This document shows positions 37,761 through 46,100 of a DNA stretch of 64,000 nt, one piece after another. A program made the translations under genes and the position numbers. Under the pieces are notes generated by a model, which had not been told where the DNA came from, did not search any database, and was given only the letters and a program-made list of their open reading frames with translations. How positions within the stretch are numbered: position 1 is the first letter of the stretch; the number at the start of each line of letters is the position of its first letter. This stretch comes from a virus, in the IMG/VR virus record IMGVR_UViG_3300029240_000001; one strand, 5' to 3'.

Positions 37761-37773
37761 TAATTTTGTGTTA
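37760..37773 (-). promoter_or_regulatory. Recurrent motif copy (TAACACAAAATTAT on the minus strand) overlapping the TMP stop codon
   Basis: Plus-strand ATAATTTTGTGTTA. Co-oriented with late transcription and immediately 5' of the hairpin. Confidence 0.4.
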
Positions 37774-40700
37774 TCTAACACGATTATAAAGCTTTTTATT
37801 GATATTTTTCATATAATTGTCCATCTGATCTTGTACCGCTTTAGCGATGTTTGGAATCGAACTATTATCCGCTCTCTCTACGTGAACAAGGCTACCAATC
37901 TCCATATTCAACTCAATATTATTATTAATAATATGAGGAGCACTAACAGTAGGCTTTGATTGCTCTAGAACACTAGATGGATCTAGTTTGCCCCATTCCA
38001 TAAGTCTTTCTGTTAGGTCTGCAGGAATAATTCCTGTTCCTTTCTTAATATAAGAAAGCCTACCTGCACCGTCTGGAACAAGCTGCAACTCTTCACCAAG
38101 CTCGTCAAGGAATGCGAACTGGTCTTTATCAATTGATTTAGCTCCACTACTGTAACCCTCTATGTCGCTCAGACGCACCCAGCCAGTATAGCCACCATTT
38201 CTACCAATGAGAACTTCCGAATCTGTTGCCTGATAAACTGTAAATGTAGAGCCCGGAACCCAAGACTGCATGCGTGTTCCATTACCACCATTTCTGGAGA
38301 AATTAGTTGCTGATTTCTTAACAGTTACAGACGAACCCTTAGTCGGGGCTGCTGGAGTGGATGGTTCAGTAGCTGGGGACTGCTGTGGAGTCGAAGGAGT
38401 TGGCGGAGTGTACTTCGCACTCTCAGTCGAATTCTTCTTGTTATTTGTTGCCTTAATTATGCTATCTGCGGTCTTATCAGCTTCAACTTGTAAATCTACA
38501 AGCTCTTGTTTTAATGCGCGTAATTGCTCAGTAAATGCGCTCGCAGAAGTGTCTAATTGCTCCTGATAAGTGCCAATGGCATCTACGCCTTCTAGCCAAG
38601 GTTTAGTTACAGAATCAGAAAGAGTGATTCCATACTTATCTGCGATTTCAGATAGATTTTGTGCTAACGAATCTGTATTAGCAGCGATAACAGCATAGCT
38701 ATCTTGAATGACTTGGTTCTCATTCTTCAGCGATTCATCAAGTGCATCCATTTCGTCCTGCTTGTTGTCTTGATAATTCTCAAGAGACTTGTCTAGCGCC
38801 TCTTGCTGCTTTTCAACACTATGGTCATAATACAGGTCGTTTAACTCGTCTTGCGCTTGCTTCAGTTCGGCTTCTAATTTTTTCTTCTGTGCAATCGCGG
38901 AGGCTGAATTGTCGCCAGAAATGACTGCAAGCCTCTTCTGAATGTCTGCAATATTCTTCTGCTGCTCTGCGACCTGCTTGGAAAAATCATTTGCTTCTTT
39001 CTGAAGGCTAAGTTCATCTTTCTTTTTGTCTATAAGCTCTGAATAGGCGTCTATCTCTTTTTGCAGTCCGTCCTTGACGGCTTGAACACGAGTTTTATTC
39101 AAATCAATAATAGACTTCTTCGCGGCCTCTTGCGCCTCAATTGCATCCCATTGATTCTCTTTAAGCTCGGCAAGTTTCTCGTTATACTCGTCCGTACTAT
39201 ACAGTCCAGCGGCATAATCCTTCTCAAGACGTGCAATCGCTTCGCCGTATTGTTCAACCTTAAAGTTTGCGGCTTCTAACTGCTGTGCAAGTAGACCAAG
39301 AGCAGTAACGCCATCTTTCGTCCAATTGCCGAATTCGTCTACTACTTTCTCCTCATCAGAAACCAAGTTATACAAATGAGAAAGCTCAGAATCAACATTA
39401 TCAATCTTATCAATTAACTTATCAAGATTATCCCAGTAAAGGTCGTTAATACTATTCTGGAAGCCTTCGATGTCTTTCTTGCATGAAAGGATTGAATCAT
39501 CAACATCATAAATGGCGTTAACCATTTCATACCAATCGTCAGTTCCAACTCTAACGTCTCCAGAAGCAACAGCCTGATCTAGGACACTTTGTAGCGAAGC
39601 ACGTTTGTTATTTAGGTCTTCAATCTGCTTCTGAGAGTCTTTCATTAATTCCTTATAGAAATTCTCAGAAAGTCTTTCGCCTGCTTCGTCGAGAAGATCC
39701 ATCTCGGCCTGAATGAGGTTTGAGTGCTGTTCGACTAAACCAACAATATTCTCAAAGTCATCCGCAATATCCTTTAGCTGTTCAAGACGTTTAGCAGAGA
39801 TTTCAGCGATAGATTCTAGATAGCTATTCTCTGCATCTTCTGCTTTTGTAGACCATGTACGATATTCTTCAATGGCATCAGCAATTTCGCCTTCGCTTTC
39901 CCCGATAAAGTCTTTAATTGCGATAGCGCCGTTCTTTGCCATTTCTTGATACTCGGCGGGAACTTTAGACAGTAGCTCCGTTGCCTTCTGGTTGTAAAGC
40001 TCTGCTGCAGCAAAATATGTAGATGCTTTCTGTTTTTCTGCTCCGACTAAGTCATCATATAAGCTGTTCTTATCTCCAATTTGAGAAGTATCGTCAAGGA
40101 AATTCTCAATTCTATTGGTCATATGAGTAATTGCCTTCTCGATTTCTTCAAGCTTATATTCAATAAAGTCAATGGTTTGCTCTGCATCATCGGCTGCGTC
40201 AGATACATCACTTGCCGCATCAGATAGGTCACTAGCAGCATCACTTAAGTCCCAACCCATTTGAGACCAGTCTTTGTCACTGCCATCTCCCCACGCAGCA
40301 TTCGCTCCAGTGCCAGTTTTCTTTGTATAAGTACCATAATTCCAGTGAGCATTGCCTTTAGCAAACGACAAGCCGCCAGTGTATGTCCCACGAGACGTGT
40401 ACCCATTCTTTAATAACTCTTCTGTCTGCTTGTGGTTATAGATTATTGCACCCTTCGGCAAATCAAGCATTTCCGTGCCATGTTCTCCAACAGTATAATA
40501 AACGCCCTTGTTTGCGTCTACTACTAGTTCACGACCAAGCTCGCCTACAATGGCATTGTGCTCATTTGCTTTTAATCCGGGCTTCTTGCCTGAATGCGCA
40601 TTGCCTTTTGCCAAAGCATTTCCAAGCGCACTAGACGCGCCGTCAGGATTATAGCCACTTCCGCTTTTTGCATCTTCACGACCTTGTGTAAATTTGCTCT

Positions 40701-43700
40701 TTAGGTTGTTCCAAAAATTGCTCGCTTGTGTACTAATCCAAGAAGCAGCCGATTCCCAAAGACCATTAATGGCACTAGGAACAGTTTCTGTGAAGAATGT
40801 AGAAATGCCAGTTTTAATATTTTCTAAAGTAGTAGGTACTGTTTCTGTAAGAAATGTCCCGACTCCTTCCCAAAATTCATTCCATTTTGTCGGAAGCGTT
40901 GCTGTAAAGAATTCTAAAATCTTTTCTCCCGCTGTTACCAATGCTGGGCCAATCACTTCATCAACATAAGTGCCGACACTCTCCCAGAAAGAATGCCATT
41001 TTTCAGGAACTGTCTCGGTAAAGAATCCATACACGCTATCCCACGCCGCGCTTAAGGCTGGCGCGATTGTGCCATCAATATATTCACCAACGCTAGTCCA
41101 AAATTCACTCCATTTTGTAGGAATTGTTGTCGTGAAGAACTCAACAACTTTATCTTTCAAAGCAATAGCGTCTTCTTTTAAATTGTTTAATTCTTCGCCA
41201 ACGCCATCCCAAAATTCATCCCATTTTTCTGGAATAGTTTCTGTAAAGAATGTAACTACCGCATCTTTAAGATCGCTTGCCCATTGTTTTACTTTGTCGA
41301 AATCTTCACTAACATTATCCCAAAACTCTCCCCATTTCTCAGGGACAGTCTCTGTAAAGAATTCTTCAACTTTCGCAGATATATATCCAACTGCGTAAGG
41401 GATGTCGCCAAGGAATTCCCCAACACTTCCCCAAAACTCGTTCCATTTTTCCGGAATCGTTTCGGTAAAGAATGTATTAACGCCTTCTTCTACATTAGCA
41501 GCCCAATCTTTTACTCCGTCAAGACATTCGCCAACACCGTTCCAGAACTCATCCCATTTTTGAGGCAATGTGTCTGTGAAAAATGTATTTATGTCTTCCC
41601 ATAGTCCTTGCGCCCATTCTTCTGCACCAGATAATTTGTCTCCAATACCGCTCCACAAATTGTCCCATACAGTTGGCAATGTTTCTGTAAAGAAAGTAGA
41701 TATGCCACTCCAAATATTGTTGGCGAATTGCTGTACCTCAGCAACCACCTCGTCCACTAATGCGTTCCAACCTGCAATTACTTGATCCGGGCTTTGTGCT
41801 TCAAATCCCGTAACGTTGGAAGTAGAAGTTGTGCTTGCACTTTTTTCAGTACTCGTCGAAGTTGTACCAGAGCTTGTTTTTGTTGCATCAGTTGTTTTCG
41901 TATCTTGCTTCTTGTTTTTGTCTGGAGATTGAATGGCATCCAAAATGTTGTCAAGAACTTCTTTGACCTGAGTTATTCCATCAGTTATTGGGTCAACTTC
42001 TTGATTAGTTAACACCTCAAGTTGTTGTTCGTCATTTTTTAAATCAACATATTCTTGAATCTTCTGTTGCTGATCTTCGTCTAATTCAAGCGTTGCCGGA
42101 ATTTTCCAAACTCCATCCTTATCTTGCTCTAGCTTTGGAACTACTTCAGTGACTAGAGTGGCATTTTCTTCTTTCCACTGATCAATTTTAGATTGGACAT
42201 CAGTTAATACAACCTGAAAATCCATTACGGTTGGCTGTTCTAGGCCATATTTAATTTTTAAAGCTTCTGCTAACTGCTCTTTTGCTTTTTCGAGCTCATC
42301 CGTCTTTATTTGAATCTCTTCATCCGAAGCTCCAGCATCTTTTAACTCTTGTAATTCTCTTGTAAGTGTTGATACATTTTCTTTTGCAGTATCAACGGTA
42401 TTGTTTGCATCGATCCAAGCTTTTGTATTGTCAACAATTGCCTGCTGTGCATTATTCAACGAATCTGTAGCGCCATCAATTTCTTGCTGAATCGCATTAT
42501 ATTCTTCTGCATTTTCGCCAAGTGGATCTTTACCAGCCCTGAAAAACTCTTCTTGCTTCGCAAGTGCCTTGTCCAAAGAGTCGGTAGTATCTCTAAGTTT
42601 TTTGTCAAGTTCTGTCATAGTTAGGTCAGAAACGATATCTCCCCAACTTGCATCATATTTTGACAGCTCTGTCAACATTGCAATAGTTGCGGCCTTTGTT
42701 AATCCCATTGCATTTGCAAGGTCGTCAACGCTCTTTATACTACTATCAAGAGTAAATGTGCCGTCCGCATTTTCAATAAAAGCACTAGCTTCTTTCGCGT
42801 CGGCAATAAATGCTTCTATGTTCTTTAAGCCTATTGAAAAATTTCCATCATCATCAATAGTGAAATAGTCTGCAAACTTTGAGTTTTCAAAATAATCATC
42901 AATGGCGTCAAGACGTTCTTCAAAAGTTTTACAGTTTGCAATAACGCTCGGAGGAACTAATGCCTCACATGCCGCCTTAAATGCTTCCGTCCCAACTTTG
43001 CCACTCAACAATCCATCGCTAATGGTCTCAAGCATTTCGACCATTGAGTCGCCATACGCCACTTCCGAATCTCTGTTTTTAGCATCCTCGAATTCATCAT
43101 ACGCATTGGTAACATCTGATAATTTCAACTCTAAAATTGAATATTCTTTAACTGCATTCTTGAGTGCTTGTATCTGACTACGCAACGCGCTAATATTATC
43201 ATAAGTTGCTTTTGTAACATATCCATACGCTTTGTAATCCGCATACATTGCCTTAACAGCCTGTTGTAGTTGTTTTACAACTTTTGTATACTGCGACTGA
43301 CTTTGTGCTTTCGCCGCACTTACTGTTGCCTTTTGTTCTTTTTTCTTCTGTGCAATTAATGCTCTTAATAGACGTGTATTCTTAACGACCTTGCCATTCG
43401 TAGTATCAATTGCGTCACCGAAGCTCTCTTCGCCAACAGTTACATCTCCAAGATACTCTTGGAGTGCAGTATAATAATCGTCAGAAATCGCTTGCCCGTC
43501 AAATGTTATGTCATTAACTGTCTGTAACACTGACGCATACGAATCATAAGCAGAAGTAAGGCTTGCTATGTCGCTAACAGCCACAGAAGTGGCTTCACTA
43601 GTCTGTTGCATAGCACCGCTAATGTTCAAGAAATATCTTGCAACATCTTCTGCACTAATTCCAAGAGAGTCTAATTGTACTTTAAGCTGTGGATTTTCAG

Positions 43701-45465
43701 CAATTAAGCTCTCAACCTCTCCAGTGACTCCTTCAATAGCAGATTCGTAATCTCCGAATTTATCAACGTCAACATTGATCTCTCCAGATTCAATTTTCGC
43801 GTTAAATGCTTCTTGGAATGCTTGTCCTGCCTCAGAACCACGCTCGCCGAATAAGCGGTCAAGAGCAGACTCTTTTGCTCCAGCAGAACCAAACATGATT
43901 TCTGCTCGATCATTGTAATTTTGCATCGAGCTAAGAAGACCATTTACTGCCTTTTGTGCCTCTGTTAAATTGTCACCATCAAACCATTCCAAGTCGCTGA
44001 CGCCATATTCTTCTTCTTTGCCTTTCATAAACTCGTCCCAATTGGACTGTGCGTCGGCATAATCTTCTTGCGCAGACTCTAAATTCTTTTCTAGTTTTTG
44101 GAACTTTTTGCTATTGGTGTCCATACCAGAGTCTAAGGAATCCTGTACTTCTGCTTCCGCTTTGTCTAGTTTATCTTTGGCGTTTTTTACTTTACCTAAT
44201 TCGTCTTCAAAATTGTTTGTATCTTTAAGATTAAGCGTGCCAGTAGGTCGCGTCTTGAAATCTTGATCGGTATCCAATGCGCCCTTTACAGCTTCTGCTT
44301 GCTTGTTTTTAGCACGTTCTTCTCTTGCTTCTTCCAAGCGAATTTGACGTTCAAGTTCGGCATTTTGCTCTTTTAATTTGTCAAGCTCTTCTTGCTCCGT
44401 AAGAGTTAATGTGCCTTTAGATTCGAGTTCTTCTATACGGCTCTTCGTAGTCTCTAGTTCGGAATTTAAGGAATCGAGATTAGATCGGATGTTTTTTAAA
44501 TTCTCAGTTTCTTCTTCTAATTTTTTAATGAAATTTTTATGAGTGGGGCCCCATGCCACATAAGCAGCAATAAGAGCGCCTACAGCTACTGTAACTGCTG
44601 CAATTATAAGCCCAACAGGGCCTAATGCTACATAAATTTTTGCTATTGCACTTAGAACTGCTGTTTCTAGGCTCTTAACTGCCATTTTTAACACGCCAGT
44701 TGCTCCGGCAGCAGCATATTCTGTCGCAACTGCTTCGATTATCCTTGCAATAAATTTGGCAAATGCAGTGTCTGCAAGACCTAAAGTCTTAATTAAATTA
44801 TTAATTGAATCGCCAATATTAGAAATGGAGAATCCCCTAATGGCCGTGACAATTTTCCCAATACGTTCTGCCAACGACATGCCTTCCGTGGCTTTTAAAA
44901 ATGCTTTTAGTGGGGCAACTACGCCCAACAATATAAGGATAGTGCTTTTTAGTACGCCAACTTTATCTACAACGCTTACCAAACCAGTTCCAACATCTAC
45001 AAGGAATTTAGTAACATCAGCATTTATAAAATTCATCCACATGGTTTGAACAGCATTCGTAAACTGATCAATCTTTCCTTGAATACTATCCAAGTATTTT
45101 TCATTTTCGGCCATTGCACTGCCAGCAGAATCTGCAGATGTTTGCATCGCATCTTCTACTAAGTCAAAATTCTTAATAACGGCGGATAAAACATTTGCTT
45201 GTCTTTTCCCGCCTAGCAATTCTAGTGCGGCTGCTCGATTTACGTCCGTCATGTCGTCCCATACTTGAGACATTTCACGTAAAATTTCTGTAGTGTTCTT
45301 GAATGTATTCTCATCGAGCATATTGTCAACTTTACCGCCTGTTAAAGCTAACAATTTTTTCTGCAGTTCTGAGACGCTATTGGCCATGCCATCAACGTCC
45401 TCACCTGCATCTTCTAATTCTACCTTGGCTCCGCGAATACGAAGCGATAAGGTTTTCATTGCTGT
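37771..45465 (-). CDS. Tail tape-measure protein, exon 3 (2564 codons + stop)
   Basis: Begins TAMKTLSLRIRGAK... (continuation of the conserved TMP core), followed by TM helices, long coiled coils, FFTETxP..W..FW repeats and a C-terminal SH3-like segment. The track ORF starts at the internal Met (45459). Confidence 0.8.
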   Translation of the reverse strand, partial: TAMKTLSLRIRGAKVELEDAGEDVDGMANSVSELQKKLLALTGGKVDNMLDENTFKNTTEILREMSQVWDDMTDVNRAAALELLGGKRQANVLSAVIKNFDLVEDAMQTSADSAGSAMAENEKYLDSIQGKIDQFTNAVQTMWMNFINADVTKFLVDVGTGLVSVVDKVGVLKSTILILLGVVAPLKAFLKATEGMSLAERIGKIVTAIRGFSISNIGDSINNLIKTLGLADTAFAKFIARIIEAVATEYAAAGATGVLKMAVKSLETAVLSAIAKIYVALGPVGLIIAAVTVAVGALIAAYVAWGPTHKNFIKKLEEETENLKNIRSNLDSLNSELETTKSRIEELESKGTLTLTEQEELDKLKEQNAELERQIRLEEAREERAKNKQAEAVKGALDTDQDFKTRPTGTLNLKDTNNFEDELGKVKNAKDKLDKAEAEVQDSLDSGMDTNSKKFQKLEKNLESAQEDYADAQSNWDEFMKGKEEEYGVSDLEWFDGDNLTEAQKAVNGLLSSMQNYNDRAEIMFGSAGAKESALDRLFGERGSEAGQAFQEAFNAKIESGEINVDVDKFGDYESAIEGVTGEVESLIAENPQLKVQLDSLGISAEDVARYFLNISGAMQQTSEATSVAVSDIASLTSAYDSYASVLQTVNDITFDGQAISDDYYTALQEYLGDVTVGEESFGDAIDTTNGKVVKNTRLLRALIAQKKKEQKATVSAAKAQSQSQYTKVVKQLQQAVKAMYADYKAYGYVTKATYDNISALRSQIQALKNAVKEYSILELKLSDVTNAYDEFEDAKNRDSEVAYGDSMVEMLETISDGLLSGKVGTEAFKAACEALVPPSVIANCKTFEERLDAIDDYFENSKFADYFTIDDDGNFSIGLKNIEAFIADAKEASAFIENADGTFTLDSSIKSVDDLANAMGLTKAATIAMLTELSKYDASWGDIVSDLTMTELDKKLRDTTDSLDKALAKQEEFFRAGKDPLGENAEEYNAIQQEIDGATDSLNNAQQAIVDNTKAWIDANNTVDTAKENVSTLTRELQELKDAGASDEEIQIKTDELEKAKEQLAEALKIKYGLEQPTVMDFQVVLTDVQSKIDQWKEENATLVTEVVPKLEQDKDGVWKIPATLELDEDQQQKIQEYVDLKNDEQQLEVLTNQEVDPITDGITQVKEVLDNILDAIQSPDKNKKQDTKTTDATKTSSGTTSTSTEKSASTTSTSNVTGFEAQSPDQVIAGWNALVDEVVAEVQQFANNIWSGISTFFTETLPTVWDNLWSGIGDKLSGAEEWAQGLWEDINTFFTDTLPQKWDEFWNGVGECLDGVKDWAANVEEGVNTFFTETIPEKWNEFWGSVGEFLGDIPYAVGYISAKVEEFFTETVPEKWGEFWDNVSEDFDKVKQWASDLKDAVVTFFTETIPEKWDEFWDGVGEELNNLKEDAIALKDKVVEFFTTTIPTKWSEFWTSVGEYIDGTIAPALSAAWDSVYGFFTETVPEKWHSFWESVGTYVDEVIGPALVTAGEKILEFFTATLPTKWNEFWEGVGTFLTETVPTTLENIKTGISTFFTETVPSAINGLWESAASWISTQASNFWNNLKSKFTQGREDAKSGSGYNPDGASSALGNALAKGNAHSGKKPGLKANEHNAIVGELGRELVVDANKGVYYTVGEHGTEMLDLPKGAIIYNHKQTEELLKNGYTSRGTYTGGLSFAKGNAHWNYGTYTKKTGTGANAAWGDGSDKDWSQMGWDLSDAASDLSDAASDVSDAADDAEQTIDFIEYKLEEIEKAITHMTNRIENFLDDTSQIGDKNSLYDDLVGAEKQKASTYFAAAELYNQKATELLSKVPAEYQEMAKNGAIAIKDFIGESEGEIADAIEEYRTWSTKAEDAENSYLESIAEISAKRLEQLKDIADDFENIVGLVEQHSNLIQAEMDLLDEAGERLSENFYKELMKDSQKQIEDLNNKRASLQSVLDQAVASGDVRVGTDDWYEMVNAIYDVDDSILSCKKDIEGFQNSINDLYWDNLDKLIDKIDNVDSELSHLYNLVSDEEKVVDEFGNWTKDGVTALGLLAQQLEAANFKVEQYGEAIARLEKDYAAGLYSTDEYNEKLAELKENQWDAIEAQEAAKKSIIDLNKTRVQAVKDGLQKEIDAYSELIDKKKDELSLQKEANDFSKQVAEQQKNIADIQKRLAVISGDNSASAIAQKKKLEAELKQAQDELNDLYYDHSVEKQQEALDKSLENYQDNKQDEMDALDESLKNENQVIQDSYAVIAANTDSLAQNLSEIADKYGITLSDSVTKPWLEGVDAIGTYQEQLDTSASAFTEQLRALKQELVDLQVEADKTADSIIKATNNKKNSTESAKYTPPTPSTPQQSPATEPSTPAAPTKGSSVTVKKSATNFSRNGGNGTRMQSWVPGSTFTVYQATDSEVLIGRNGGYTGWVRLSDIEGYSSGAKSIDKDQFAFLDELGEELQLVPDGAGRLSYIKKGTGIIPADLTERLMEWGKLDPSSVLEQSKPTVSAPHIINNNIELNMEIGSLVHVERADNSSIPNIAKAVQDQMDNYMKNINKKLYNRVR
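40740..41720 (-). repeat. Nine tandem 37-38-aa FFTETxPxKWxEFWxxVG repeats in the tape-measure protein
   Basis: Read from the translation. The same periodicity produces the spurious plus-strand ORFs with reiterated ...TVSVKN... (40694-41785). Confidence 0.75.
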
Positions 45466-45778
45466 CGATCTATTACTTTCCCACGAAAACCAAATGGTAC
45501 TGACCGATTATGTAATCGGCGGCAAGGTCTTTCGGCCTTGCTCTACGATTTTATTTTTAGATTATTGTCGTAGTCTAGACTGGATCTTCACCCTCATTCC
45601 CGTCATTATACGGAGTAGGGGAACAGCGGAACCTGTTATGTTACCATAAAAGGTCTTACAGTCGTTACGGATACTTTGCACACTGCAAAGTCTTTCCTCG
45701 GTCTTGACCATCTCTGGCTTTTAACCGATATAGCTGTTTTCTTTCAATATATTACTATATTGTTAGGCTATTATGTTA
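45466..45778 (-). mobile_element. ORF-less group I-like intron (313 nt) in the tape-measure gene
   Basis: Follows an exonic U. P1 candidate UAGGU|...GCCUA. Starts UAACAUAAUAG (in-frame stop) and ends ...AUAGAUCG. Has an R-like AGACUACGA element and several hairpins. Shares blocks and co-varying helices with the upstream intron. Confidence 0.75.
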
Positions 45779-46100
45779 ACCTACAGATTCTGGATTTTGC
45801 ACAACGCTATTGGCGGCTGTAATTAACCCAATAGACTCATCAAGTGTATTGCCAGCCTCTGCCATAGCACTAGCAGAACGCAATAGCGCTTGTCCAATAC
45901 CTGATGAACTGATTGCAAAGTGGTTTCCCACCTCGTTGAATTTATCTACGATTCCCATAGCATTAGACGCTTCAATACCAAATCCGTGCATTGTAGAAAT
46001 GATACTGTCAGAAGCCTCACCAATATCGGCTAGGTCATCACCAACGTTATAATAAACGGAAGCGGCCTTTGCCAAGTCAGATGCTTGCTCAATGTTATAT
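45779..46100 (-). CDS. Tail tape-measure protein, exon 2 (322 nt)
   Basis: Encodes (L)YNIEQASDLAKAASVYYNVGDDLADIGE...ITAANSVVQNPESVG, the middle of the TMP core domain. The track shows only the part from an internal TTG (45776-46075). Confidence 0.8.

Noticed and set aside
45293-45649. Plus-strand 118-aa ORF covering the 313-nt intervening sequence
   Set aside because: It is on the opposite strand to all surrounding genes, has no RBS, and overlaps the TMP exon 3 start. The region is better explained as structured intron RNA.
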